Positions 18,744 to 28,766 of a DNA stretch of 64,000 bases are shown in pieces. How positions within the stretch are numbered: the stretch's first letter is position 1; each line of letters starts with the position of its first letter. Source of the stretch: Candidatus Ratteibacteria bacterium (GTDB lineage: Bacteria; Ratteibacteria; UBA8468; MWAK01). Where the stretch lies: the NCBI GenBank assembly GCA_041653615.1, contig JBAZEZ010000005.1, positions 23,289 to 87,288 on the forward strand, given 5' to 3'. Both the position numbers and the translations under genes were made by a program. The notes under the pieces are model-generated. The model was not told the origin of the DNA. It saw nothing but the letters and a program-made list of their open reading frames with translations, and searched no databases.

Positions 18744-21700
18744 TATTTAATAGATTTTTTCTTCCAGAGAAAATAGATGGCGGGATAGACGATTAATTCC
18801 ATGCCGAAGGAAGTGAATATGCCGCCGACCATCGGCGCGGCGATTCGCTTCAGTACGTCGGCGCCGATTTCATGCGTCTGTGCCCACATGATAGGGAGCA
18901 GTCCGATGAAAAGGACCGAGGCGGTCATTACCTTGGGCCGGACCCGTTTTACCGCGCCGTGGATGATGGCCTCCTTCAGGTCGTTGATTGTTTTCAGGAG
19001 GCCGTTCTTCTTCCGTTCTTCGTAGGAAAGATCCAGGTAGAGCAGCATGAAGATTCCGGTCTCCGCGTCCACGCCCAGCAGGGCGATGATTCCGACCAGG
19101 ACGCCGATGCTCAAGTTGTAATGGAGCAGGTAGAGTATCCAGACGACACCGATGAGGGAAAAGGGAACCGCCAGCAGGACGATGAAGGTCTTGGGAAAAC
19201 TCCGGGTATTGAAATAGAGGAGGAGGAAGATGATGAGGAGCGTCAGAGGCACGACCACCTTCATCCGTTCCTTCACCCGCTGCATCGACTCGTATTGGCC
19301 GCTGAAAACCAGGTTATAGCCGGCCGGGAGTTTCAGGTTATCGTTTAATTCTTTTTTGGCGTCGGCGACGTAACTGCCGATGTCCCGGTTGGCCACATCG
19401 ATGTAGACGTATCCGGCCAGCGACCCGTTTTCATCCCGAATCATGGACGGACCCGAACTTAATTCTACGTCGGCAATCTGTCCGACGGGGATTTGGCTTC
19501 CGGACGGCGTGGGGATGTAGGTCTTTTTTATCTTTTCGACGTCGTCCCTCAATTCCCGCGGGTAGCGGACGTTTATCGGCAGCCGCACCCGGCCTTCTAC
19601 GGTCTGGCTGATGTTTTCGCCGCCGATGGCGGACATCAGCGTTGTCTGAACGTCTTCTACGGTTAGTCCGTAGCGGGCAATCTCTTCTCTTTTGAGCGTA
19701 AAGTCCACAAAATAACCGCCGCCGGTCCTTTCCGCGTAGATGCTGCGGGTTCCCGGCACTCCTTTGAGCAGGGCTTCAATTTGCAGGCCGATTTCTTCGA
19801 CTCTTTTTAAATCATCTCCTTGGATTTTTATCCCGACCGGGGTGCGGATTCCGGTAGTCAGCATATCAATCCGGGCCTTGATGGGCATCGTCCAGGCGTT
19901 GACCTGGCCGGGGATTTGTAATTTCTGGTCCATTTCCTGAATCATTTCGTCCCAGGAAATTTTGTCCGGCCAGAGCAGCCGCAGGGAAGGCTGAAGAAAT
20001 TCCGGGACGCGGTTGGAATACCACCTGGGTTTGGAGCGCCACTGGTTCTGGGGTTTAAGTAAAACGGTTGTTTCCATCATGGAGTAGGGCGCCGGGTCGG
20101 TAGAGGTGGCGGCCCGGCCTGCTTTGCCGAAGACGCTGGTAACTTCCGGAAACGACTTAAGAATCTTATCCTGAACACCCAGCAGTTTGGTTGCCTCTGT
20201 CACCGAAATGCCGGGCGGAGTGGTTGGCATATATAAGATGCTGCCCTCATTGAGCGGAGGCATAAATTCCGTGCCCAGTTTGAAGAAGAACGGCATGGAA
20301 ACCAGAAAGAGAAGCACGGTCGAGAAGATGACAAGGCGCGGTTTACGCAGGACAAAATGGACAACTGGTTCGTACCATTTGAACAGGGCCCGGCTGACCG
20401 GGTGTTTTTCTTCGGAGTGAATCCGGCCCACCAGGAGGTGGTTGACTATCCCGCAGAGCCATTTCGGTTTGAATTCGTAAAAGTCGAGTTTGGTAAAGAG
20501 GAGCCGGATGGCCGGGTCAAGCGTAATGGCCAGAACCGCCGCAAAGAAGAGCGCGAAATTTTTGGTGAAGGCCAGTGGTTTGAAAAGACGACCTTCAATT
20601 CCTTCCAGGGTGAAGATAGGCATAAAGGCGACCGCGATGACCAGCAGGGAGAAGAAAGAAGCCTGGCCCACTTCTTTAATGGCGCTGATTAAGACTTCCC
20701 GGTAATCTCCCTGTCTGCCTCCCTCTTCCCAGTGAGAAAGTTTTTTGTGGGAGTTTTCCACCACCACAATGGCCGCGTCCACCATGGCGCCGATGGCGAT
20801 GGCGATGCCGCCCAGGCTCATTATGTTGGCGGTCAGTTTCATGTAGTACATCGGGATGAAAGCGATTAAGACCGCGATGGGCAGCGTGATGATGGGGATG
20901 ATTGCGGAAGGGAAATGGAGCAGGAAGAGGAGGATGATTAAACTTACCACAATCATTTCCTCGCGGAGTTTGCTTTTCAGAGTGTTGATGGCGCGATGGA
21001 TTATCTCGGAGCGGTCGTAGGTGATTACCAGTTTTACGCCTTCGGGGAGTTGGATTGTCTTCAATTGTTCTTTGACCCGGTTGATGACCTCCAGGGCGTT
21101 TTCCTGATACCTGATTATGACAATGCCGCCGACTACTTCGCCCCGGCCGTTCAATTCCGCCACGCCCCGTCTGATGTCCGGCCCGAATTGGACTGTGGCG
21201 ACGTTACTGATTCGTACCGGTACGCCGTTTTGGTCGGTTTTAAGGACGATATCCTCTATGTCTTTCAGCGATTTGAGGTAGCCCCTGATGGTTACCATGT
21301 ATTCCCGGCCGGAGATTTCCAGGAGCCGGGCGCCGGCTTCCTGGTTGGATTTTTGCAGGGCCATAACCACGTCATTGAGCGGGAGGTTGTAAGCGAGCAG
21401 GGCGTTGGGGTCAATGGTCACCTGATACTGTTTGGTGAAGCCGCCGACCGAGGCAACTTCCGAAACTCCCTTGACCGATTGCAGGGCGTACTTCAGGCGC
21501 CAGTTCTGGAAGGTGGTCAAATCTTCCAGGGAATTTTTGCCGGTATCGTCGACCAGAGCGTATTCAAAGACCCACCCCAGCCCGGTGGCGTCAGGACCGA
21601 TTTCCGTCTGAACCCCGGGCGGCAGTTGGGATGTTACCTTGGAGAGGTATTCTGTTACCCTGGAGCGGGCCCAGTAGATGTCGGTTCCGTCTTCAAAAAC

Positions 21701-21991
21701 CACGTAGACGTAGGAGAACCCGTAATCGGAGAAACCGCGGATGTCTTTGACTTTCGGCGCGCCCAGGAGGGCGGTTGTAATCGGGTAGGTAACCTGGTCT
21801 TCGATAACCTGGGGCGGCCGGTCCCAGCGGGAAAAGATGATAACCTGGGTGTCGGAAAGGTCGGGAACCGCGTCCAGCGGCAGGTTCTTCAGGGCCAGGG
21901 CGCCGGCGATGGCGGCGGCAGCAACCAGGATTAAGACTATAAATTTGTTCCGGGCGCTGTAATCGATTATCTTTTCAATCCAGCCATCCAT
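18743..21991 (-). CDS. cusA: heavy-metal efflux RND transporter (CusA/CzcA family)
   Basis: The 1082-aa protein has 12 TM helices and two large loops. AIGAMVDAAIVVVEN is an HME-RND motif. It is genetically linked to an adaptor, an OMP, copA and csoR. Confidence 0.8.
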   Translation of the reverse strand: MDGWIEKIIDYSARNKFIVLILVAAAAIAGALALKNLPLDAVPDLSDTQVIIFSRWDRPPQVIEDQVTYPITTALLGAPKVKDIRGFSDYGFSYVYVVFEDGTDIYWARSRVTEYLSKVTSQLPPGVQTEIGPDATGLGWVFEYALVDDTGKNSLEDLTTFQNWRLKYALQSVKGVSEVASVGGFTKQYQVTIDPNALLAYNLPLNDVVMALQKSNQEAGARLLEISGREYMVTIRGYLKSLKDIEDIVLKTDQNGVPVRISNVATVQFGPDIRRGVAELNGRGEVVGGIVIIRYQENALEVINRVKEQLKTIQLPEGVKLVITYDRSEIIHRAINTLKSKLREEMIVVSLIILLFLLHFPSAIIPIITLPIAVLIAFIPMYYMKLTANIMSLGGIAIAIGAMVDAAIVVVENSHKKLSHWEEGGRQGDYREVLISAIKEVGQASFFSLLVIAVAFMPIFTLEGIEGRLFKPLAFTKNFALFFAAVLAITLDPAIRLLFTKLDFYEFKPKWLCGIVNHLLVGRIHSEEKHPVSRALFKWYEPVVHFVLRKPRLVIFSTVLLFLVSMPFFFKLGTEFMPPLNEGSILYMPTTPPGISVTEATKLLGVQDKILKSFPEVTSVFGKAGRAATSTDPAPYSMMETTVLLKPQNQWRSKPRWYSNRVPEFLQPSLRLLWPDKISWDEMIQEMDQKLQIPGQVNAWTMPIKARIDMLTTGIRTPVGIKIQGDDLKRVEEIGLQIEALLKGVPGTRSIYAERTGGGYFVDFTLKREEIARYGLTVEDVQTTLMSAIGGENISQTVEGRVRLPINVRYPRELRDDVEKIKKTYIPTPSGSQIPVGQIADVELSSGPSMIRDENGSLAGYVYIDVANRDIGSYVADAKKELNDNLKLPAGYNLVFSGQYESMQRVKERMKVVVPLTLLIIFLLLYFNTRSFPKTFIVLLAVPFSLIGVVWILYLLHYNLSIGVLVGIIALLGVDAETGIFMLLYLDLSYEERKKNGLLKTINDLKEAIIHGAVKRVRPKVMTASVLFIGLLPIMWAQTHEIGADVLKRIAAPMVGGIFTSFGMELIVYPAIYFLWKKKSIK

Positions 21992-21998
21992 AGTAATT

Positions 21999-22122
21999 TT
22001 TGGACGCAGATTACGGCAGATAATTGCGGATACATATTAAAGATTAATTCAGAGAATTGCTAAGAAATACTCTAAAATTATCCCTTAGTATTATCCTGTA
22101 TTTTCTGCGTATATCTGCGTCC
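21999..22122. mobile_element. MITE-like element, family A, copy 2
   Basis: tttggacgcagattacggcagata...ttctgcgtatatctgcgtcc. It lies between the adaptor and RND genes. Confidence 0.7.
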
Positions 22123-22128
22123 AGTTTC

Positions 22129-23157
22129 TTATTGGTTTACCGCTGATTTAAGCCGGCTTTCCGAATCAACGAAGAAATTACCGGAGGAGACAACCGCGTC
22201 GCCTTCTTTTAAACCGGAGAGTACTTCGTAATAACCTTCGGCCTTATTGCCCAGGGTCACGTCTCGGGATTGGAAATAGCCGTCCGGGGTAGCCAGAAAT
22301 ACTACGTTGCGTTCACCGGTATTCACCACCGCTTCTTCCGGAACCGCCAGCTTTTTGCCCAGGGAGATTTTTACCCGGGCGTTGACGAACATGCCCGGTT
22401 TCAATTTGCCGCCCGGATTTCCAATTTCCGTACGGGCCTGGACGCTTCTGGTCGCTGGGTCAAGTACCGGACTGACGGCGGCAATCTTTCCGGCAAAGAC
22501 TTCGCCGGGAAAGGCGGTCGCGGTTATTTCCACCGGCAGGCCGTTTTTAACCAGGCCCATATCGTATTCATAAACGGAGAGATAGGCCCAGATTGTTTTC
22601 TGACCTTCCGCCAGGTAGAGGTTGCTCTGCGGTTTTCGTTCCCAGACCAGTTTTCGAACCTGGTTTTTATCCATGCCCATCAACAAGAGTTTTTGCTTGG
22701 CGGCATCAGTAAGGGCAACCGCTTCTTTTTTTGCTTCGGACTCGGAATCGGCGCCGGATGTTTCTTCCATCTTTAGCGCCTGCAGAAATTCTTCCTGGGC
22801 TATGTACAGGTCGGGGTCGTAGGCGATTTTGCCCACCGTGCGGATTTCACGCGTCAAGTCCTGTTTCTTTACCTCGGTGGTCTTGATTCCAACCAGCTGT
22901 TGTTTCTCCGGGCTGATTTGCATCCCTTCCGGCGCTGTTGGTTTCGCTTCTTCCTCGTACACCGGAAGATAGTCCATACCCATCTCGTCCTTTTTGAAGA
23001 CCGGCGAAGTAATTTCGAGGTTCATCGGGTTGCGGTAGAAAAGAATCTTCCGGTCTTTTTCCGGCGGTTGTTTTCGGGAGTGGGGAATAATTCCGATCGC
23101 GGCAATCAAGACCAGTAAGATAACAAGGACGCTGATTATTATATTTTTCTTTTTCAT
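22129..23157 (-). CDS. efflux RND periplasmic adaptor (CusB-like membrane fusion protein)
   Basis: An N-terminal TM/signal is followed by a beta-barrel/lipoyl-like pattern. It sits between the OMP and the HME-RND pump. Confidence 0.75.
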   Translation of the reverse strand: MKKKNIIISVLVILLVLIAAIGIIPHSRKQPPEKDRKILFYRNPMNLEITSPVFKKDEMGMDYLPVYEEEAKPTAPEGMQISPEKQQLVGIKTTEVKKQDLTREIRTVGKIAYDPDLYIAQEEFLQALKMEETSGADSESEAKKEAVALTDAAKQKLLLMGMDKNQVRKLVWERKPQSNLYLAEGQKTIWAYLSVYEYDMGLVKNGLPVEITATAFPGEVFAGKIAAVSPVLDPATRSVQARTEIGNPGGKLKPGMFVNARVKISLGKKLAVPEEAVVNTGERNVVFLATPDGYFQSRDVTLGNKAEGYYEVLSGLKEGDAVVSSGNFFVDSESRLKSAVNQ

Positions 23158-23165
23158 ACGGTTTC

Positions 23166-23255
23166 TATGTAGGGGAGGGGCTACGTCCCCTCCCGCCTAC
23201 GCTAAAGCTACGGCGGGCACAGCCCGCGGGCGGGGATTCAACCCCGCCCCTACAG
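23166..23255. repeat. GC-rich REP-like composite hairpin element
   Basis: tgtaGGGGAGGGGCtacgtCCCCTCCC ... GGGCGGGGattcaaCCCCGCCCctacag. It is related to 994-1105 and 41085-41140. Confidence 0.6.
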
Positions 23256-23257
23256 TT

Positions 23258-24580
23258 TTAAAACAACATTTCTTTTTCCGGTGAGACACCGGCGATAGAG
23301 AGGGATATTTCGTTTAAGGTTATTTCTCTTAATCCTTGCGCCGAAAGGTAATTAACGGAAAAGTCAAGAAAAGTCCGTTCCGCGTTCAATAAGTCGGCCA
23401 GATTGGTCTTTCCCGTTTGATACCCGGATTGAGCTATTTGGGTGGCCGCTCGGCTTTTTGGCAGGAGGTTTTCCCGGTAGAGTTTCACTTCCCGGTCTGC
23501 CTGTCTCCAGCGGAAGAGCCCGTCGGCCAGCCCTGCGGCTAAATCCAGTTCCTCGGCCGAAAAGGCCGCTTCCGTCATCTTTACGGTGCTCTTGGAAGCG
23601 GCAATCTGGCTGGCGGCTTTTCCCGGCCAGGGAATTGATATTGACAGCAAGGGCCTGGTGAGAGCCATTCCGGAAAAGAGGCCCTGCATCAAACCGATAT
23701 TAAAATCAGGCCATTGCTCCTTGTATGCCAACTTAACATAAACTTCACTCTGTTCTATCTCGTTTCGCAGGAGAGCCAGGCGGGGGTTTTTGGCCTGGAC
23801 GGATTCCCAGATATTTTTTTCCGAAAAACCTGCTTCGGTGAAGGGCAGGGCGGCTGGCGGTTTTGGAATCCGGTCAGATTGGAGTATGCCTAAAGCGGCG
23901 CCGAATTGGGCAATCAACACTTTTTCGGAATCTTTAAAGTTCGCCAGCATATTGGCCAGCTTCTCTTTTTCAATCTGGATTGTAATCGGGTCAAGCAGGG
24001 ATGACTCGTTGGTCTTTACCCTGGCTAAACTCACGTTTTCCTGTGCTTGAAGAAGTTTTAATATATCTTCCGTGAGTGTAATCTTTTCTTCCAGGACCCA
24101 GAACTGATAGGAAATTTCTTTTACCCGGAAAGCGGTTTGAAAGACCGCTGCTTCAAAAAGATGACTATTTTTGCCGGCTTCCAGGGAAGCCGCTTCGCCG
24201 GAAAGGGAAAGCTTGCCGGGCGCCGGTATCGTAAACATGATGCCGGGCATCAAAGAATCTATGACGCTGTTAAAATCCAAAAGTGAAAGCTGGGGATTGG
24301 CCGGGTACTTGGAGGCGTTAATCGCCTCCACCGCGTTTTTCCACTGGTAGAAAGCCTCTTCCACTCTGGGGTTGTTGAGGACCGCGTACTTAACAAAATC
24401 TTTGAGTTCCGAATCGGCGGTCAAGACCGGCAATTGGGGTCTGGCGTCTTTCGGCCGGTACTGTTTTTCAACCCGGGCAATCTTTTCTCTTTCGGCTTTC
24501 TCAACTTTGGTGGCCGGACCGGCGCAACCGGAGATTACTAAAAGAAGCGAGACGCAAATTAGTAAAAGTCTGGTCTTCAT
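23258..24580 (-). CDS. TolC-family outer-membrane efflux lipoprotein (CusC-like)
   Basis: The lipobox LLVISGCAG and two repeat halves with coiled coils are characteristic of OEP family proteins. Confidence 0.8.
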   Translation of the reverse strand: MKTRLLLICVSLLLVISGCAGPATKVEKAEREKIARVEKQYRPKDARPQLPVLTADSELKDFVKYAVLNNPRVEEAFYQWKNAVEAINASKYPANPQLSLLDFNSVIDSLMPGIMFTIPAPGKLSLSGEAASLEAGKNSHLFEAAVFQTAFRVKEISYQFWVLEEKITLTEDILKLLQAQENVSLARVKTNESSLLDPITIQIEKEKLANMLANFKDSEKVLIAQFGAALGILQSDRIPKPPAALPFTEAGFSEKNIWESVQAKNPRLALLRNEIEQSEVYVKLAYKEQWPDFNIGLMQGLFSGMALTRPLLSISIPWPGKAASQIAASKSTVKMTEAAFSAEELDLAAGLADGLFRWRQADREVKLYRENLLPKSRAATQIAQSGYQTGKTNLADLLNAERTFLDFSVNYLSAQGLREITLNEISLSIAGVSPEKEMLF

Positions 24581-24581
24581 C

Positions 24582-25070
24582 CTATTCCACGATTAATTTG
24601 CCGGTCATTCCGGAATGACCGAAGCCGCAAAAGACGGAGCAACGGAAGACAAAAGTTCCTTTTTTGTCGGCCAGAAACTCTATCTTTTTTGTTTCACCTT
24701 TATTGACCGGAACGTTTATGCCGTATTCCTTGATCGTCAGGCCGTGAGCAACGTCTTCCGAGGTGAAGTTTATCCTCACGATGTCGTTCTGTTTTACCCT
24801 TATTTCCGCCGGAACAAACGCGTATTTTTTGGCGACTACGTTAAATTCTTTTATCCGGCTGAGATATTTTTCCGGGTTCTTCTTAAAGTCGCTGATGCAC
24901 GCCGCGCAGCAGAAATAGTAGGTTTTCCCCTTATATTGATAGGAGACAGACGGGGATGCCTTTCCGCCCAGTACCGGGCAGATACCCGGATTTTCCACGG
25001 CTGAAGCAAGCGGAAGCAGAAGACCGAAAACCAACATTAGCAACAAACTACCCTTCAGAATTCTCTTCAT
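24582..25070 (-). CDS. secreted YHS/TRASH-domain + cupredoxin-like protein with CuA-type motif (paralog 1)
   Basis: A signal peptide is followed by YYFCCAACISDFKKNPEKY (YHS/TRASH) and a C-terminal FRCSVFCGFGHSGMTG (C-x3-C-x3-H-x2-M, the CuA pattern). The start is set at MKRILKG, preceded by GAGGGAG. Confidence 0.6.
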   Translation of the reverse strand: MKRILKGSLLLMLVFGLLLPLASAVENPGICPVLGGKASPSVSYQYKGKTYYFCCAACISDFKKNPEKYLSRIKEFNVVAKKYAFVPAEIRVKQNDIVRINFTSEDVAHGLTIKEYGINVPVNKGETKKIEFLADKKGTFVFRCSVFCGFGHSGMTGKLIVE

Positions 25071-25085
25071 CTTATTCTCCCTCGG

Positions 25086-25150
25086 CCGCCATAGCATGGA
25101 TGCCGGTGCGGCAAAGCCGCTTTGTTTAAGGCGTCCGTAGTGTGAAGGTG
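25086..25150 (-). promoter_or_regulatory. conserved structured 5'-leader motif (copy B) upstream of the cupredoxin paralog-1 SD
   Basis: The mRNA sense reads ACCUUCACACUACGGACGCC-uuaaacaAAGCGGCUUUGCCGCac-cGGCAUCCAUGCUAUGGCGGCCGAGGGAG-AUG. Confidence 0.5.
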
Positions 25151-25183
25151 ACCGCGTTAAGTTTACAAAGTCTGGTCTTCATC

Positions 25184-25636
25184 CTATTCCACGATTAATT
25201 TGCCCTGCATTTTAAAATGGCCCATACCGCAGAAGACCGAACAGCGGAAGACAAAGGTTCCCGTCTTGTCAGCCAGAAACTCCACCTGTTTTGTCTCTCC
25301 CTTTTTGGCCGATATGTTTATGTTATATTCTTTAATCATGAAGCCGTGGGTAGCGTCTTTGGGAGCAAGGATTATCCTTACGGTGTCACCCTGCTTAACC
25401 CTTATTTCCGCCGGGTTGAACTCATATTTCTTGGCAATTACTGTGAACTCCTTTATCTGGCTTGGGGCTTTTACCGTTGAGCTATTACCTGTTTGTGCGC
25501 TAATATCGCCAGGGCCTTTTATGCTCTTAACGGCCGCCGATGCAAAAGAAACCGAAAGACCAAGAAACAATACCACCAGCCACCAACTTTTCCTCAAAGT
25601 AACCATACGTCCTCCTTTTGTGATAACTTTTTTCAT
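25184..25636 (-). CDS. secreted cupredoxin-like protein with CuA-type motif (paralog 2, no YHS domain)
   Basis: The C-terminal FRCSVFCGMGHFKMQGKLIVE is nearly identical to paralog 1, and the 3' flank is duplicated. Confidence 0.55.
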   Translation of the reverse strand: MKKVITKGGRMVTLRKSWWLVVLFLGLSVSFASAAVKSIKGPGDISAQTGNSSTVKAPSQIKEFTVIAKKYEFNPAEIRVKQGDTVRIILAPKDATHGFMIKEYNINISAKKGETKQVEFLADKTGTFVFRCSVFCGMGHFKMQGKLIVE

Positions 25637-25639
25637 TTC

Positions 25640-25918
25640 TCAACCGGTGAATTTTTTATAGATTTCCATTAGTTCTTCGACCTTATCTTTGACCTTCCGG
25701 CTGTTCCGGGAGACCATCGCCTGCCGCACGCAGGTGTTGATATGGTTTTCCAGGACGAGCAGGCCGGCAGCCTTCAGGGCTCCGGCGACCGCGGAAATCT
25801 GCTGCAGGATATCAACGCAGTATTCGCCATTTTCTACCATACGGCTGATGCCCTTGATTTGGCCTTCAATCTTTTTGAGCCGCGGCTGCAGTTTTTTCAT
25901 TTCCCGTTCGGTAATCAT
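25640..25918 (-). CDS. csoR: CsoR/RcnR-family metal-sensing transcriptional repressor (copper-sensitive operon repressor)
   Basis: The 92-aa all-helical protein contains LKKIEGQIKGISRMVENGEYCVDILQQISAV...HINTC (Cys–His–Cys ligand pattern). It lies upstream of copA. Confidence 0.8.
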   Translation of the reverse strand: MITEREMKKLQPRLKKIEGQIKGISRMVENGEYCVDILQQISAVAGALKAAGLLVLENHINTCVRQAMVSRNSRKVKDKVEELMEIYKKFTG

Positions 25919-25984
25919 ACTTGAGTATCCTTATCGTTTTAGTCAGATTATACCCTACCCCAGTATAGTGTGTCAAATGACCGA

Positions 25985-28252
25985 TCAAAGTTTCAAATTG
26001 CGCAGCCGTAAAGAATTGCCGATAACGGAAACCGAACTGAAACTCATGGCTGTTCCGGCAATTATCGGGCTTAAGAGCAAGCCGAAAAACGGGTATAGGA
26101 CTCCGGCGGCGACCGGAATGCCGATGGCGTTATAAATAAAGGCAAAGAACAGGTTTTGCCTGATGTTTTTCATGACGCTCCGGCTTAAGCGCAAAGTTTT
26201 AACGATTCCGCCCAAGTCTCCCTTGACCAGCGTTATGCCGGCGCTTTCAATGGCCACGTCGGTTCCGGTGCCCATGGCTACGCCTACCTCGGCTTGGGCT
26301 AAAGCGGGCGCATCGTTAATGCCGTCACCGGCCATCATCACGACGGCTCCGTCCTGCTGGAATTTTCGCACTATTTCCCGCTTGTCTTTTGGTTCCAGTT
26401 CCGCCTGAAAACCATCAAGGTTCAATTGTTTGGCAATCACCCCGGCTGTTTTATGGTTATCGCCGGTTAGCATGATGATTTTTAACCCCATTTTATGGAG
26501 CGCTTCTATCGCAGCGGGCGTGGTTTTTTTAATTGGGTCTGAAATTCCCAGAATTCCGGCTATTTTGCCTCCAATCCCAACCCAAACAATGGTTTGGGCT
26601 TGATTTCGCAAAACGGCAGCCTGGTCGCTCAACTCTTCGGGGATGTTTATTTTCATTTCTTCGATAAATTTTTGTTTACCGACGATAACGGATTTACCGT
26701 TGACATTTCCTTTTATTCCCTGGCCGATGATTGATTTAAAATCGGACGCGGAAAGAATTTTCGCGTCGCGTTCGCGCGCAAAATCAACAATGGCCCGTGC
26801 CAAAGGGTGCTCGCTGCCCTGTTCCAGGGAAGCGGCCAGGCTTAAAAATTCCTGCCTGTCCCAACCCGGAGCCGGAACGGCGGCCGTTACGTAGGGCTTT
26901 CCTTCGGTCAGCGTGCCGGTTTTGTCGATTAGAAGGTGGGTGATTTTTTCCGATTTTTCAATTGTTTCCGCGTTTTTAATTAAAATGCCCGTCTGGGCGC
27001 CCCGGCCCACCCCGACCATGATTGACATGGGTGTGGCCAATCCAAGGGCGCAGGGACAGGCGATAATCAGAACGGCAATGGCGTTGACAAAAGCATAGGC
27101 CAGTTTTGGGTTCGGTCCCCAATGAAACCAAATTATGAAAGCGAATACGGAAATTGTGATGACAGCCGGGACAAAATAACCGGAGACCCGGTCGGCCAGT
27201 TTTTGAATCGGCGCGCGGCTTCGCTGGGCTTCCGAAACCATGCGGACAATCTGCGACAGCAATGTTTCGGAGCCGATTTTTTCGGCGCGCATTAAGAATG
27301 TTCCGGTCTGGTTGACGGTCGCGCCCACAACCTTGTCTCCGATATTTTTTACAACCGGGATGGGCTCGCCGGTAATCATCGATTCATCTACGGCGCTTTG
27401 CCCTTCAACTATCGCGCCGTCCAGCGGAATTTTCTCTCCGGGGCGCACCCGGAGAATATCTCCCCGTTGAATGGTATCGATGGGAACATCCTCTTCGACA
27501 CCAGCGCGGATACGGTGGGCATTTTTTGCCGCCAGGCCCAGCAGCGCTTTAACGGCCCGGCCGGTCCGGCTGCGGGCTTTCGCTTCCAACAGCTGTCCCA
27601 GGACAACCAGAACCGTAATGGCCGCGGCCGCTTCAAAGTAAAGGTCGATATTTCCCATCTTTTTAAGCGAATCCGGAAAGAGCCGCGGTAGTAAAAGAGC
27701 GATTGTGCTATAGCCGTAGGAGGCCCCTACGCCCAGGGCAATCAAAGTAAACATATTTAAACTTCTATTTACAATAGATTTCCACGCCCGGACAAATAAA
27801 AAACCGCCGGACCAAAATACGACCGGGGTGACCAGCAGAAATTGAATCCAGGCAGAGACCGGGTAGAGGATAGCTGATTTTTTTGCTATGGGCGGAAGCA
27901 TATTTCCGGCAGACAGAATGATGATTGGGGTTGCGAAAAGCAGTCCGGTCCAAAATTTGCGGGATAAAAGGCGGAGTTGTTTATCTTCTTCGTTATTTTC
28001 CGGTTCAGGGTTTACCGGCTCCAGATGCATTCCGCATTTCGGGCAATCTCCGGGTTTATCCTGCCTGATTTCCGGATGCATCGGGCAGGTGTAAACAGCT
28101 TTGTCTCCGGCGGTTGATTTTACGGCAGGGGGCTTTGCCAGGAATTTTTGCTTGCAGTGCGGGCTGCAAAAATAATAGGTAAGGCCGTTTTGCGTGAGCG
28201 TAATAGCCCCGGTTTTTTTGACTTCCATACCGCAAATCGGGTCTCTGGGCAT
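25985..28252 (-). CDS. copA: copper-translocating P1B-type ATPase with N-terminal TRASH/YHS and Cys4 metal-binding domains
   Basis: Motifs present are CPC ([13 protein letters not shown]), [17 protein letters not shown], an N-terminal ICGMEV...[12 protein letters not shown], and CPMHPE...CPKCGM. Confidence 0.9.
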   Translation of the reverse strand: MPRDPICGMEVKKTGAITLTQNGLTYYFCSPHCKQKFLAKPPAVKSTAGDKAVYTCPMHPEIRQDKPGDCPKCGMHLEPVNPEPENNEEDKQLRLLSRKFWTGLLFATPIIILSAGNMLPPIAKKSAILYPVSAWIQFLLVTPVVFWSGGFLFVRAWKSIVNRSLNMFTLIALGVGASYGYSTIALLLPRLFPDSLKKMGNIDLYFEAAAAITVLVVLGQLLEAKARSRTGRAVKALLGLAAKNAHRIRAGVEEDVPIDTIQRGDILRVRPGEKIPLDGAIVEGQSAVDESMITGEPIPVVKNIGDKVVGATVNQTGTFLMRAEKIGSETLLSQIVRMVSEAQRSRAPIQKLADRVSGYFVPAVITISVFAFIIWFHWGPNPKLAYAFVNAIAVLIIACPCALGLATPMSIMVGVGRGAQTGILIKNAETIEKSEKITHLLIDKTGTLTEGKPYVTAAVPAPGWDRQEFLSLAASLEQGSEHPLARAIVDFARERDAKILSASDFKSIIGQGIKGNVNGKSVIVGKQKFIEEMKINIPEELSDQAAVLRNQAQTIVWVGIGGKIAGILGISDPIKKTTPAAIEALHKMGLKIIMLTGDNHKTAGVIAKQLNLDGFQAELEPKDKREIVRKFQQDGAVVMMAGDGINDAPALAQAEVGVAMGTGTDVAIESAGITLVKGDLGGIVKTLRLSRSVMKNIRQNLFFAFIYNAIGIPVAAGVLYPFFGLLLSPIIAGTAMSFSSVSVIGNSLRLRNLKL

Positions 28253-28260
28253 AGTTCAAC

Positions 28261-28749
28261 TCATTCGACGATTAACCGGCCGGTCATTTCGGATTTTTTC
28301 CCGACATAAACAAGCGGGGAGCGAAATATGAATGTTCCTTTTTTGTCGGCCAGAAATTCTATCTTTTTTTCTTCATTCTGTATGACCGAAACGTTTATGC
28401 CGTACTCTTTTATTATCAGGCTGCGATTAACGTTTTTAGCGATGAAGGTTATCTGTACGATGTCACCCTGCTTCATCTTTATTTCTAACGGAAGAAACGA
28501 ATAAGTTTGGGCAAGTAACGTGATTTTTTTTATCCGGCTGAGGTATTTTTCCGGGTCTTTTTGGAAATTGATGACGCACTCCGGGTTGCAAAAGTAATAT
28601 GTTTCCCCGCCGTATTTACAAGAATTGGACAGGGATGCTTTTTTGCCCAGGACCGGGCAAAGACCCGGATTATCGGCTGCTAAGGCGGCAGACGCCAGAA
28701 GACCAAAAACCAAAACCAACAAAAGGCCACGCTTCCGGATTTTATTCAT
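28261..28749 (-). CDS. YHS-domain + cupredoxin-like paralog 3 with degenerate metal site
   Basis: It has the same architecture (signal peptide, YYFCNPECVINFQKDPEKY) but the C-terminus reads FRSPLVYVGKKSEMTG, so both Cys and the His are lost. Confidence 0.5.
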   Translation of the reverse strand: MNKIRKRGLLLVLVFGLLASAALAADNPGLCPVLGKKASLSNSCKYGGETYYFCNPECVINFQKDPEKYLSRIKKITLLAQTYSFLPLEIKMKQGDIVQITFIAKNVNRSLIIKEYGINVSVIQNEEKKIEFLADKKGTFIFRSPLVYVGKKSEMTGRLIVE

Positions 28750-28766
28750 CGTTCATTTTTTTCTTT

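Noticed and set aside
20996-21934. 312-aa plus-strand ORF
   Set aside because: It is antisense to the cusA-like RND gene. It has no motifs, and its codon usage mirrors the sense gene.
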